Shown: piece after piece, positions 24,001-34,767 of the stretch | How the letters are laid out: each line of letters opens with the position of its first letter | Position numbering within the stretch: the stretch's first letter is position 1 | Assembly: GCA_020137815.1 (NCBI GenBank) | Contig: CM035351.1 | Location: 4,216,001-4,280,000 of the forward strand | Direction: 5' to 3' | DNA: 64,000 nt | Source: Hormiphora californensis | Lineage: Eukaryota; Animalia; Ctenophora | Program-made: the position numbers and the translations under genes | The notes under the pieces: generated by a model | Told to the model about the DNA's origin: nothing | The model's database searches: none | Seen by the model: only the letters and a program-made list of their open reading frames with translations

Positions 24001-27000
24001 GTACAGATGGTAGACTTCAACAACAGGAGTTTCAAGCAAGAGTCCCCTGTATTTGAGACAATCTGTGGGGATAGTTCAGGAGAACCATCAGCAAGGGAGC
24101 ACAACAACTCAATAGCATTCACTGATACACTTGGTACGATGTAACTAAGCTTCTCGTTCTTTAAATGGAATGGCGGTGCGGGTGCATTGACCGGCGCCCG
24201 CTCAACAGTTTCTCTCACTTACATCCCCAGTCTTACTCTCCGAAAAGACTTACTTTTTTAAACCTTTCATGACACATAGAAATGTGCCTTCGTATAGAAT
24301 TAAGAAATGTATCCCTACCAATGTGTTACAGATGAAAACTCTCGGCTGAGCCTGAGATTGAGGATTATTGAGCGACGAAGGAAGGCCGGTCAGAGCCACA
24401 AGTTCGATGAGAAATTCCAGACATCTTTGTTCCAGGCTATCCAGGCAGCTTACATTAGTCTCCTTCTGGAGATTTGGTTCCTACCGGCTGAATTAACACC
24501 ACGGAACGCATCTGCAATAGGTAACACATTTCGGTTGCCTTGTTACCGAAATTTCAAATTACATATCGGTAATATCTCCCTTGGTCGATCCCCGTGCCCT
24601 GGGTTAGAACTACGAACGTAACACCCAACCTTCAAAACACGTCTTTCTGTTACAGTCGATATGGGAGAAGATAGTATGTCAGTGACACCAAAACAGCCCA
24701 GCAGCGTGAAACAAATGAGCCACTTTTCCCGCAACAACAAGAGTCGCCGGAGCAGCAACGAGAGTTTAGATAGTCAGGGGGAATGGAAAGGTAAATAACT
24801 TTGCGGTGGTAAATAATTCACAACAATTATTTATTGTCTTGGTATAAATATTGCACGTGCTAGCTACAATGTAATGCACGCTCCTCTCTCCTGACACATA
24901 CTCCATTACACCTTTAGCAGCGGCCCCACCTCCGGCTCGTCTCGGTTTCCTCCGGCCCCGGACCTGGTCCCTACCCCCCGAGCTAAGCCAACTCGGACCC
25001 CGACGTGGGGGTATAACAACTCAGTGCAGCACCTTCCCCAAATCTATTTCACTCTTTTAAACATACCTGCCCATTGTATCTCCCTAGATGTAGAGCTTTA
25101 CTTTTTTTTCATCTTCGCTCGTTGTTCGTGCATGCAACTTTTGATTTGCATGATGCATCTGTGCCTCCCCTCTCTTCTGATTCTTGCAGCACTACTACAA
25201 GATATGTCCTTTTTTCTATGTTTAACACGACAACATATATCCCCAGATAAACTGATGAGGCGGGCGCAGCGGGAGGAAAACTCAAATCTTCACCCGAGGC
25301 TGAGGCAGCGGTGTATTGAAGCATGCCAGGTATTATTCTGCAGTTTGTCACGTGATATTTAGTGAGTCACGTGATATTTTATTGTGTCACGTGATTGGAA
25401 AGTGTGATTGTTTAACATTTTCAGGTTGGGTTTGAGTTGAAAACAAAGATAATAAAACACGAGGTGATCAAAATACCGTCAATTTATGATTCCGCTCAAG
25501 TGATCAACAAAGTTCGAGAGGTAAAATTATTGATTCTTACTATTGTAGTAACATTTATAGTTGTCAATTAAATTATCAATAGCTACACAAAGAACAGCTA
25601 ACCACCTTTGTCTAATCCTCTCAACCCCCATTATAATCCCTACCACCCCTACTATTTACTAACTAATCCCCACCACCCCATCAGGGATTGTTCCGTCCCT
25701 TCCACACCCGGATATTTGATCAAGATGACGACTACCGGATGTTCCCGCCAAAACTCTCTCACACAGAGGAAGAAATCCAGAATACCAGGATTCTAATTGT
25801 AGCAAGACGAAACCATCTGGTTAACGAGGCTCGTATCAAAATGAAAGGATCTGCACTTGCCGCCAATATGAGTGACACCCCTGAGGTTATTGCAGAGTTA
25901 GAGTCTGGCCACCAGGAGATGACCAGCATGGCTAGTGTGGACGTACCCCGGCAGATTCACATTATTGTAACATTAGAGGGCAAGATGTTGAGGTTTTGGT
26001 TTTACAACGTCCAGAGTGATCTAAGGGTGCAGTTCCTGAATAACATCAAGTCAATGTGTCTGGTGCTGGACAGTAGGGGTCTACTGCTGAACAGGATCCT
26101 GTTACACAAACTGAGACATGAACTACCTCCCCACTACACCCACCATGCTGCGATGTTACCCAAGAATAGTACCTCTGTGAAGGAACTGGTTGAGGACAGG
26201 GAGATGGGAGGGATGGACGGAGGACAGAGCGGCGGGGGGACCTTCAAATCTAACGAGATCACAAAGTTCTACCAGGATATCTACGATAACTACCATCCTG
26301 GATTGTTGAGGGTAAAGGGGTCTGTAACAAGGGAGAGAGAACCAATCAGGAGACATGGTCTCCAGTTGGCTAGATTTATGCACTGTGATGAGGCACGGAA
26401 GGCAGAGGAAGAGACCAGTGTTGATCTGGATGATCCTGATTTACCTGAGATGATCACCCGAGAGCAGGCCAAACAATTGAAGAAGAATGCTAGGCTGTTG
26501 CATTATGTTGCATCCCCTCTCCTGTTCTCCAGTAAAATCCGCTCCCTACAGACGGACAAAGAGACGTATTCCTATGTGAGTAGTAAGGGTAGCACCTCCA
26601 ATCTCGATCTAGATCACCCGGCGTGGTTCCTAGCCTTCAAGAAGCGACTCCTAGACAAGTTCCTTGAGTATCTAAAGGACCCCATGAGAGGCATTAGAAT
26701 GCAGCTGAGATACGAAGCGGAGGGTGTTGGGAAGGAGGTTCATATCAGCCAGACATTGAATGATGATGATAATGAGTCGATATTGTGTAAGGATATTCCT
26801 GGAGGAGGGAGGATATTGCTGGGGGTGCTGATCCAGAATTCTACATTTTGTGTCAAGCTGTATGTGCTGAACAGTGACAACAGACTTCAGGTACTAAAGA
26901 TTATCAGATTTCTTTTCTCTCTAAAACTACCATATATCAGTCTACAGCCCTGACCAATTGATTAGCCAACTAGTTAACCAATTAGCTAATTAACAGTTCT

Positions 27001-28238
27001 CTCTCCCTCTCCAGGTATTCCAAGAGTGTAGTTTCCTAATGACACACACCCACTCCTACTCCTTCTCCTATGATTGGATGGTGCACTCCATCTACGATTC
27101 TCTGGTTCGGAACGATGAAACAAGCGATGACATCCTCCCGATTCACCACTGCGTGACATGTGTTGTGAAGCGATACGAGATCAGTCCAGAGCCACCCCAC
27201 ACCCGCTGTTGGATCAAGGAACTAACTGGTATTGGGGTACCCTGTACACTGAGAACGTGTGATGTACCCGCCAGGAAACTGTTCGAGCACATGGTGTTAA
27301 ACAAGGATAGTTTGGGTCTGTTTACTGTTGAGGGGGTCAAGAACAGCAAATTGATGGTTCTCATCATTCAAAACAGGATCAACAACTACAAATTCGCTCT
27401 GGTTATATCGGATGTTAACCAAAAGGAACGGTTCAAGGACTATTACATTTCGTGTTATCTGATCCTAGCGAAACATCTCAACTCCCCTCCCCTCTCCTCC
27501 CTGAGCAAGGAATCTTTGTATGTAAGGAGCAGGAATGAGAGCATGACTACAATCTCTACTGCTTCTACCTCCCCCGGTTCCATTAGGACTGATGATGGGG
27601 AGGTTCACCTAGTTAGACCCCGAATGAACAGTGAAATATACCGGAACGAAGCTGAGAGTAAACGAGAGTTGTACGCTAAGGCCAGGCTTGTAGCAGAGGA
27701 GGAGCTAAGGTCGCTATTTGAGGCAGCACAAAGAAGTTACCGCCGGAGTGATCTTGTCCAGTGTTTGGTACGGTGTCAACCTAAATCTAGTATTGCTCTA
27801 GAGTTGTCAGCTAACTTCAGTAAAACAGAACAGTTCTCATCAGCTCAACTTGCTGAATTGGAAATGAATCTGAGTGTACGTCAGGGATTGGTACAACAGG
27901 GTAGCTCAATTCACTGGCTGTTTCAAAAGTGGGAGGCAGGGAGGTACAAGAAACTGTTGGATTTCCTGAAGGAGAAGAGCCGAGTTGAGGCAATGTCAAT
28001 CGTTATGGATCCTGATAAATCGGAGGTCGCCGTTCTAACCAACACACAGCGCATCCCAGGACGGGTTGAGAAGGTTGCAATCGTTGTCTTGAGACACCAG
28101 GGACAAAAGTTGAATGTGTCAGCGATAATGAAATCCGAACTTGAATCCGAGGATAATTTTTATGTTTCATTTTGGGAGCGGGTCTTGTCACTGATTTGTG
28201 TGTATGTTTGGGAGAGATTATTGGTGGATGGGAGTTGA
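7..28238 (+). CDS. SZT2: SZT2 (KICSTOR scaffold) multi-exon gene, 5' end upstream of window; coordinates span introns
   Basis: GT-AG exons give SZT2-like motifs: VLDMSPSMFTV/DMDYKKVIVEEMEDVLRSCL, IMITDGV, CSFVRVG, GYIPNLAMLNFL (N-terminal); TMDTLQQ|VMDHC across the 7737-21404 intron; LLHYVASPLLF and HTHSYSFSYDW (C-terminal). Last exon 27015-28238 ends in TGA. Confidence 0.88.
381..468. repeat. Intronic tandem repeat, ~23-bp unit (GCTCCTTCATAAACACATTTA..) x4
   Basis: Read directly; fills most of the 375-480 intron. Confidence 0.85.
7723..7800 (+). repeat. Splice-donor minisatellite (CAGCAGGTGAGAGGGTTACCTTA, 23 bp), block 1; continues at 17538-17685 and 20079-20158
   Basis: The same unit occurs in three blocks separated by two insertions; the first copy holds the SZT2 donor GT at 7737. 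Confidence 0.9.
8724..8972. repeat. Internal inverted repeat / MITE-like segment (~50-bp arms)
   Basis: CAGTAGAGGTAGTCAGTAACTACTGA..GGTAGAAA is mirrored at ~8921-8972. Confidence 0.75.
9645..12590 (-). mobile_element. 5'-truncated non-LTR retrotransposon, R2-group (HERO-like), inserted in the right arm of element B
   Basis: Splits the right TIR arm (9577-9644 | 12591 onward); carries an RT-REL ORF and a ~550-bp 3' UTR with GGTTTGGA repeats. Confidence 0.88.
10197..12578 (-). CDS. Reverse transcriptase + CCHC zinc finger + restriction-like endonuclease (open frame, N-terminally truncated)
   Basis: RPISL, QKGG, WLDLANAYG, GIFMGCVIS, LFMDD, KFLG; CKLC..HILTGC; RHD; RPDLVV..ELTCP..K..RY; VEVGARG. 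Confidence 0.93.
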   Translation of the reverse strand: MVYKRCPKISRNLWNLNKSAFKYRRYPENCRWFEGVYIPKGEGDFTPATGRPISLGNVQGKIYLGTLARRLTEFVVENGYVDRRIQKGGVPGVSGCVEHFGAMWETLKDARIMRRDLSVVWLDLANAYGAVSHLLIVKALRFYRVPQPIVDIVLSYFSGVFGRFSSREVTSNWQQFEVGIFMGCVISVILFVLCMNMVSEYLAIKIPRSVAYVKDGTPVPPLKLFMDDSCLVTATQSDMQVMLSVFGEFVEWARFTVKSSKSRALVLEGGKVVESVSLSFGGETIPNVTEKPIKFLGRWIRADVRDTVAIEETARQLKLWMGRLDESGLSGLEKCWGYQYLVLPKMKWPLAIYDTPLTTVAAWEQSVNSFLRKWLGGGHTLSRLCLFNSESSVRLPLNSLLDTWKVEKCRLQQTYSSSQDEVILALQPLVRSGRKWKAGEELEEAVSDVRCDAVRGMIPPYPRAGIGFGEWRKPWEKLSDSERRGVVIERVRERLDQVRTVETMQLEVQGMWLAWREDVVSMELSWRSLFDMKEGMVGFILRAVYGTLVVPSLAKKWKEGEDGLCKLCGDAPGSIRHILTGCKVALGQGRYRWRHDKVLRQIGEQVQFHCEVRANAASRSTRGSRSIEFVAEGKKGKKKGKKRVSGCGILSGAKDWVVLSDIGSQLKFPAEIAQTRLRPDLVVFSREVKTVIWWELTCPAEERIGDAHTLKIERYTDLERECESNGWRCFNMAVEVGARGQVADSLVRAASRLGFRGRGLRKLVKDTGKEAAHCSMWIYFHSAKKEWEYRNVE
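12776..13003. mobile_element. MITE inserted into the right TIR of element B
   Basis: TIR CCCAAACTATTATGTCCC / GGGACATAGTAGTTTGGG; absent from the left arm; internal palindrome 12836-12941; TA or TTA duplicated. Confidence 0.8.
13649..14121. mobile_element. MITE-like element abutting the GPCR stop codon
   Basis: TIR GGAAGACACTAGCGTGGTGCG / CGTACCACGCTAGTGTTTCC; no clear TSD. Confidence 0.65.
14129..16420 (-). CDS. Intronless LDLa-repeat class A GPCR (GRL101/LGR-relaxin-receptor-like), 763 aa
   Basis: Signal peptide; LDLa motifs CDGVANCEGGTDEC, CDGVFDCSNGLDEKFC, CDGIKDCANGIDEC; seven hydrophobic segments with DLLMGLYL, WRSSFAC, YGNSPLC, NSLLNPIFY. Confidence 0.9.
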   Translation of the reverse strand: MKVFISLFLVSLVSSDMFNIKAEILMPIDYNKGKLESKTCVEGVVNQLKFDQENWTLLNWTGSDGAGDNSLMTCRGNVDLFQVAMELGAVYMSGQQRRAWNKFMQLHPSIEITCSLSLSPLQEKHPRCSGVSACLTDECQCGGKPVFYCPGKLGGCIPFSQVCDGVANCEGGTDECMCSGAVTVRCLPDKSYTACIPKKEVCAIAPTLSTLSCDNKSTSHCSDPEHGNSTVLILQNTLAEYYNDILEAGFTGGRGVKETCIEIVGPYVNVTTNSTTNTWLFDLCGSLGITEKYIRFLEFHCMFTGNDFETLSDFGKICDGVFDCSNGLDEKFCPDRFYCNGTNTTLQELKWIDEEKVCDGIKDCANGIDECVGCPAGLLSSDTFLIRSKVLCVLALTGGVAIVLLNIKVGYQTIQKIPDNKPGKIDRVFRIQVAFYDLLMGLYLVTLVVSAVGLRVRGEYCQLDGQWRSSFACAALGSLFSFSSHGSFLLITMMSAIRFMTCLDLVKDISIRAIWVISLVLGVLNLVHAILPALPLSEIQRVFRTDILLTSGPENPLINRYSEDHLRRMHSLAFDTIETNGSSADTGENFLGIEKIFADLREITSKPSIFDYISIGYYGNSPLCVANIFKNQASYIYYKIGYCVIIGVLIIILTVSYASILVASFNSASESGSNNNDYVGKLAIKLALLIGSQTVAWLSYIMTVLYYSWINPAAPPGVIYEVFSLAVLPSNSLLNPIFYSTIYRSMGEWAWKIWRKCIPVIIE
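16775..17173. mobile_element. Second, left-truncated copy of element A
   Basis: Matches 7930-8180 joined to 13278-13461; ends in a C-run. Confidence 0.85.
19421..19449 (+). mobile_element. Helitron-like 3' terminus
   Basis: GC hairpin TCGCCCGTAGGGCGA followed ~10 nt later by CTAG|T; 5' end not identified. Confidence 0.55.
19690..19821. mobile_element. End of a Helentron-associated (HINE/DINE-1-like) element
   Basis: Hairpin CCGGGTGAATGCC-TTC-GGCATTCACCCGG next to an A-run; related to termini at ~36515-36546, 37400-37540 and 38870-39010. Confidence 0.55.
20182..20985 (-). CDS. Unassigned 267-aa ORF antisense in the SZT2 intron
   Basis: Long open frame with an internal duplication (RLRKRQF/RLQKRQF); no family recognised; start codon uncertain. 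Confidence 0.35.
   Translation of the reverse strand: MYLPCLEHHTLSVSTFVKIIVSLPRLVCFYPTEDEISFLMPMIKMYYCSGDYSTWPYQVAPDSPNIRVVGKIMVDLVCKKHIPSPTEFFASAFNTFASISHFKISVECGIKVLHHYTRRHCKKKPWLVSYYTRATRNITCDNIPSWDGCFDNPLWQLAGDRGDAYLLRHCHKLQRRQMAGGDGSDAYKSPRLRKRQFGDQEDLYKQARLQKRQFDVTTTQHLLQLGMCNEKIAHYFLKDSMGMTGEVLVFYTILSHVSCCFSKTFTD
21082..21259. mobile_element. MITE-like inverted repeat
   Basis: AATAACGCTAACATGTGAAAATAT..TGGCTAATGATGGTC is mirrored at ~21219-21259. Confidence 0.7.
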
Positions 28239-28874
28239 TTTTTAGTTGTTTTTTTGCGTGTTTGTTGGTTTTGTTTGATGATTTCTAAATGTATGTTTTT
28301 TATAAATTTTCATGTTGGAAAGTTCCGCCTTTTCATTTTTCGGTCACACTCGGACAAGGTCTCTAAGGAGATAAACGGAGGCGGCGGGGTGGTTGAAATA
28401 AGGAAAGTGCGCGGTGTAGCACTTGAACTCCGCGCGCACCAGAGAGACGGCTCTGGTGGAAAGTGTGCTGACAAGCGCCCCTGGAAACAATGAAATAGAA
28501 CTGATCTTGTAGCACAGAAATATAAATAAGCAAAACTTTATTGAACATAACTGTTAAAATAACCCTTCTCATGATGTCGTACGGTAGAAATAAACATCGG
28601 CAAAAGTATCACAACACCCGAGAGTTCGGTGTTTTAGTACGGTCTAGATAATATCACGGGACAGTCATTAATAACACGTCACTTTACAAAGGAAGGATTT
28701 AGTAATGTACAAGGCTGATCACCGGGTGACGTTCACTGCATGTTTGTGTGCATGATATGAATAATTACTGGTTCATAATTTGGTCGAACACCCTGTACGG
28801 ATTACAAGATAACTAAAAACTTGGTTCACAGTCTCTCTTATCTGAGATAAGATAGTATCTCCCTCTCTCCCTCC

Positions 28875-31504
28875 TCATCTCCTGCAATTCATGCTCAGTT
28901 TGCTCATGCTCCGTGCCACATTTTCACCACCCTTCTTGCTTTTCCTCTCCGTGCAACTCTCGAACACCTTCCACAACCGAATACTCTCGTCCGCACCGAG
29001 TGACACCACGGTGCTACCCTCGGGTGACATGGCAAGTTGGAGAACTCGATCTTGGTGACCGGTCAGTTCGGCTATCCGGGTCATGGAGGGGTATTTCCAT
29101 ACTGTCAGTTGGTTCTGTAGGTACCCGTGCCCCGTTACCAGTTCCTTGCTGTGCTGGGACCACAGGATTGAGCTTACCTGGGGATCAGAGATGAGGGTTA
29201 ACGGGAGAGAGGTGAGGGTTAACAAGGATATGACGTAGTGAGTGAGCCGGGAACTTGGTGCTGGGGAAAAGACTTCACAACAGATATAGGATGTTCAGAA
29301 CATCAAAGTTTAGTGTACTAAACATACCTGAGATCCAGTGTTAACTTTGTGTTGAAGAGTACCCGCTGAGGCGTTCCAGAAGCACAGTTGTCTATCCTGG
29401 GATCCACCTCCTGTAGCTAGTAGATACTTTGAGTGGGGTGACCAGGCCAGGGCCTTCACAGCCGCACTGTGCTCTATTAGTGTGTGGACGGGTGTTGTTT
29501 CTCTGTCCGCCCATACCATAACCCTGTTGTCGTTAGACCCAGAGGCTAGGTATTTACCATCTTTACTGTACGCTAGTCCACACACCTGGTGAGAAGTGAG
29601 AGATTAGGACACATATAGCAAGACATCCCGAATTAGGACACATATACGGCTACATCTAATAGTAAGACATACCTGGATATGTAATATTACACAAAACCCC
29701 CACCCCTCTAGTGTTTACAGCTGTATTACATAATATTTAGAATTCTAGAACTTCTAAATAATGTGTACACAACAAATGCCCCCTTTCGTTAACAGAATTC
29801 TAGAAGGTACCTCAAGATCGTGGCCAGTGAGTGTTGCAACTTGATGGTTAGCCACCCTCACGTCATGATGGATGATCTGACCGCTCCTGCTACCACTGTG
29901 GAATTCAGATATATTAGTAGTTGGTGGCTATCGAGCCATATGTTAGCAGTTTGTGAAAGTTAATATAAAGTTAGATTTGTTTGGGAAAGTTTGGTGTGTG
30001 GTACTTACCTAGACAGGATATACTCATTCCAGGCTAATGATCCCACTCTGTCAGTGTGGCCAGCCATGGACCTGATCTGGGCTTGTTTCTCAACATTCCA
30101 TAATGACACCGTGTTGTTATAATCACCAATTGCTATTATCTCAGGGACTATGGGGGACCACTGTACAGATGCGATCTGACAATCGTGCTGGAAAGGGAGG
30201 GAAGGGTTATCTCCGTTTTCACGAAATTACTCATCAGAAAATCTCCTGAATATTGTATTAATATGCACTATACTGCTAAGAGAAAATCTCCAATGAGAAA
30301 TTTTACACGCCCCCTACTACCTCTGTAGTCTATGTACCTTGCTCGACCCTCCCGATTACAAGGGTTAGAGCATTACTTGGGGGGGGGGGGTGCAACATAA
30401 CAGCTAACATACCTCAGTAAGCACGGTGATATCCCCACTGGCCGCATTCCATATATAAACACTATCATTGAGTGCTACACACAGCAGATTACCAACACTC
30501 CAATCTAGCAGGTTGAGGTAGTAGTCATTGTTCAGGTCCGGAGCATCCAGGACCCGCCAAGCGGACTGGGGTATGGATCTGTAGGATGCCTTCCTGTTTA
30601 CCTGTCCTGAACTCTGGGCAAACATACCCTGGGGGAATGGCGGGGATATTAAAGGACTGTCGTTTAACTAAGTTAAAGGCGAACTTACAACAGGTTGTCC
30701 TACTCTGGAAAGGTTAAGAAACTTATTAAGTTGGAGTCGCGGCGGCCCAGTTTGTATTCCCTGCCCAGTAGAGGTCGGCCCTGTTACCCACCTTAGGTTG
30801 GGAGCTGAGAAGATTATTTGAAGGTAGGGGTGCCTTATTCCGCATATTCAGGATCTTGGGCTGCGGTGCAATGTTGAGGTTCTGCTTCATCACCTCTTTG
30901 TACCTAGACGTGGGAGTAACGGGTTTAAGGGTTTTAGCTCTGAGTTGGAGGGTGCCCAACGATCAGGGTCCCAAGAGCGGTGAAGGGCTATGATGAATAA
31001 TGAGGAAAGAAAAAACGAAGAAAAATCAGAAGTGGGGTGGGGGTAATACCTTCGCGTGGTAGGGGAGTCCAAGTTTTCATCTTCTTTGTTCAGCATATCA
31101 AACCCACTGCTATCAAAGTTGTTTCCAGATCGGGGTGGTATAAACCGATCACAACTTGGAGTGGTGTGTGCCGATCTCTTGCCTTCCCGGGACTTTGACA
31201 AGATCTTCTTGGGTGTTCCAACCTTGTTCTGGCACTTGAGAGATGTACCCAACTTTTTCTTGGGAGTCCCATCAGGATTTGTTGTCTTGTACGGCATGTT
31301 GAGGGTGAGAGAAGGTTTACAGGGTGTCCGTCTGGCTTCACCCGACGTGATACCGGAGAAACTTTCTCCAATCGTGCTGGATACATTACTGAGACTTGAG
31401 AATGAGGTATTTGAGGTTGTGATTTTGTTTCTCCGTTCCATTTCTTTCCGCTGCCACCGTGGTACTACTCTGTTGGAGATAATGGGCTCGCGGGAATCTG
31501 ACAT
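28875..31504 (-). CDS. CDC20: Cell division cycle 20 / fizzy (APC/C activator), ~7 coding exons
   Basis: C-box [33 protein letters not shown]40 exons ([44 protein letters not shown]). Confidence 0.95.
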
Positions 31505-31767
31505 AATAAAGCGGCTACAGGGAAGAGAGAGTTAGTTAAGCGGAAATGGTAGGGATCCGGATAGGGTGAAAATGGAAATGGGAGGGGGGTTATCAGAGAT
31601 AACAAGTTTGAATACCGCTATTGGAAAATTACGCGCCGAAACTGCTGTACTTTAAATGCAGGGCAGTCGCGCGGTGAACGGTAAAACATCTCAAATACTA
31701 CAAAACTGTAACCGGATCAAATCACACACAACTGACAAGCAAACAACTTTCTCTCTCGCATCTTTCA

Positions 31768-32357
31768 TCAGTGAAATTCAGACACAAGTGCATTGACTTT
31801 ACTAAACTGAGAGTACTTCCTAAGCTTCATAGACACCGGACCGGTTATTCTGGTGCCCAGAGGTTCGTAGTCTTCGTTGATAAACACACAGTTGTTGGTA
31901 TCAAACCTGGGACATGTCACCCTGTCCTGCACCAAACCAGTTATTACAGCACGATACATGCTGCCTTTGTACGTTACCTATTGAGGGAGGGAAGTGATAC
32001 ACTATATATACTTAGATACTTAGATAATAGACAGCACATGTACATGTAAAAAAAGTCCAAAACCAAATATATGGTGGTGGAGGGGGCTACTATTAACTAA
32101 GATAGTGGTCAGCACATGTGTCAAAACCATAGTAGATCACTCTCTTCAATTCTCACAACATTAACACTTAATACCTTCACAACAGTTCCAACTTTGACCC
32201 TCTTATCTCGGCCGTAGAACCCAATGATTTTGACCCACTTCTCGGGTATCTTGGGATCCCCGGTGAAGTTACACTGCTTGTTTAGTCGTGTTAACGTTTG
32301 GACACCTCGAACACAGCTCTGAAGGGCAGGCGAGAACAGGGATGTTCTCAGAGACAT
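31768..32357 (-). CDS. MRPL14: Mitochondrial ribosomal protein L14, two coding exons
   Basis: Transit-like N-terminus, VQTLTRL, PRFDTNNCVFINEDYEPLGTRITGPV. Confidence 0.88.
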
Positions 32358-32438
32358 ACTAAATCAGGGAGGTATAGTTAGGTAGAGCTGGTGAAGGGTT
32401 TTGTGTGAGTTGAAATTGTAACAAATCTTGATAGTTTT

Positions 32439-33260
32439 GGGGGGTGCGACATGTTAATTTTGTTAACTTTGTTAATATTAACATCAAGAAAACAGGTGAT
32501 TTATTAACAAAATTAACAAAAAGTTAACAAACGTTAACAAATGCCATTTATGCCATCTAAATCACCTTTAGCGTGTGTTTTGGTATTTAACACTTGTTCT
32601 GCGAGCAAAGTTGTTCCTTTTGCACGATTTGCACACTCCTACTAACCTCTACTACGGATTTTCTACAGCGATTTGTTCCATTGTGTAAATTTTAATAAAA
32701 ACTAGCCAAACTAAACCGCAATTGAAGTCAATTGACCCTAATCCACCTTTTTTAAACCCTAAAAACTAATTGAGACTCATGAATTTACCATAAAACAAAA
32801 ATATATCAAAAATTAGTTTTTCTAAAAAAACACAAGGATTTGTAGCGAAGCAAATTTTCAATTTTTGACCAAAAAATTGATTTTGGAAATATTTTGTTTC
32901 TTTTTCCGACAGAAACGTTGTACATCATCTTCTTTCGTTCAAAGAATCGATTATCGATGAAAAAATCACGTTAAAGAGAGATTTTATACGCTAAATTGAA
33001 ATCTTTGTAACTTTTGGATTTTATCGATTTTGAGCCAAAAAACATGTATGGCGGACTTTGGTTATCGGAAGAGGCCTTGTTTGGGTATATATGTGTTAGA
33101 AAAGTCATTAAACTATAAAATTAAACCAGTTAAAGTCGTATTATCAACCATTAAGAACAGTTTTTGCTGATTTGTTAACTTTGTTAATTTTGTTAATTAA
33201 CGTTAATTAACAAAATCGAAAAAAAGAGGTGATTTATTAACAATTAACATGTCGCCCCCC
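32439..33260. mobile_element. Poly-G/poly-C-ended MITE with 8-bp TSD
   Basis: GGGGGGTGCGACATGTTAATT / AATTAACATGTCGCCCCCC; TSD ATAGTTTT at 32431-32438 and 33261-33268; subterminal TTGTTAA repeats. Confidence 0.9.
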
Positions 33261-33695
33261 ATAGTTTTACATAACGCGGATATATTTCTACTTTAAATAT
33301 TACAACACCGTTTTTTGAAAATGGGACTTTCCTGCACCCAAAAGTATTGGCTAATAATTTGTTTGTATTGCTATTTGCTCAACCCTGTCTCACTGCTATC
33401 ATGGACCACACCTTTTGTTGCGAAATGGTATCACCATGTTTCCAATATCAAGATGAACAACTGGTGACAATCGAGAATGCCAAATTAATCATTACCCCGC
33501 CCGCAGCTACCATGATAATGGAAGCTGGATCATTTATGCTGTCATTTTCTTCTTTTTTCAGCTGTATCATTTATGCTGTCATTTTTCTTCTATTTTCCAC
33601 CAGCTGGGTGCCGTATCCTTTAAAGCTGTCATGGCGAACTCTTGTCATTTTAATTCAGCTGGATTGGTTTGCTCTGTTTTCCAACTACTCGTAGA

Positions 33696-34767
33696 ATGTT
33701 CTGGGCTGCTTTGATACTGGTTTTGTCAGGGATATCATCAAGTCAAGTACTAGGTAAGCAGTAAGACAATTACCTTACTCTCGTTAATTAAGCTCGCATA
33801 TTTCAAGAAACTTTTAAATAAGAAACTTTTTTTCTAGGAAACTACAGGTGTAAGCAATCCAAAAACAAATAGCATTTCTCCTTTATCAAGAAACTAAACA
33901 AGTTAGGGGTGTTCTATTTTGTTGTGGTGTCTCTGAATTGTGTGATTTGCATTTGAAAAGTTTCTTATAAAAAAGTTTCTTACTAAAGCGTTTCTTAAAA
34001 AACGAGAGTAAGGTAGTTCTCGACGATTTGTATATGATCATACACACTTGTTGCTGGGGTTCTAATTTAGCGAATTATTATCATTAAATTGTCTGTCAGA
34101 TGAAAACTGGCTCAAGTTGGAGAAAGGGAAGAAGTTCAAATGGGACCTCGATGTTATCGGCCTGGAAATCTACACTAAGGGACAATATACACCTTCGCAT
34201 AACGTGATAATCATAAACACGAATCTAGGTATCATTAGATTCGATTCCATACACGGAGATGAAAACGGGCAATTGACCATACACCTGGAGAACTGTGGCA
34301 ACAAAAGTTCAACTATGATACACCACCCAATTTCACATGATAAAATTTGGCGGTTAAGCAAAACGAGCGAGGAACTATCAATCCAGCACGATGATGAGGC
34401 ACTACGTTACAATTTTGTAACCGATTCCCATGTTAAGCAACTGCCAACCTGTCACTTACTCTGGGTTCGAAACGTGACTGAAATTTTATTTGACGAAACA
34501 AACAGTCATGGTACTCTTTTTCGAGCAAGAGGTAAGCGCTAGCAAATGGCAAGATTTGAATATAATATGATTGTATCTCAATTTGAAACAAGGGTCTATC
34601 TCGCCAAATTACCTAAACCAATTATTGACCCCTAGTGTGTCAACCGATAGAGGACCGCAGTGGCGTCACCCAATATGGAAAAATACCGGGAGACACTGTT
34701 GTGGTTGCTCCGTGGAGTGAGAAGAAATGCTTGCCGAGTGGATATTGGATCGACAGCAGTATAATAG
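33696..34767 (+). CDS. 5' exons of a secreted or surface protein (signal peptide + ctenophore-type extracellular domain + short Cys module); 3' end not found
   Basis: Phase-1 exons 33696-33753 (MFWAALILVLSGISSSQVL), 34100-34531 (W..WDLD..LEIYT..C..KIWRLSKT..C..W..F) and 34636-34767. Confidence 0.65.
33771..34015. mobile_element. MITE (TA-flanked)
   Basis: TACCTTACTCTCGTT / AACGAGAGTAAGGTA with subterminal AAGAAAC repeats. Confidence 0.75.

Noticed and set aside
28315-28510. GC-rich stretch with GGAAAGT motifs resembling RNase P RNA
   Set aside because: No CR-V segment able to form the P4 helix.
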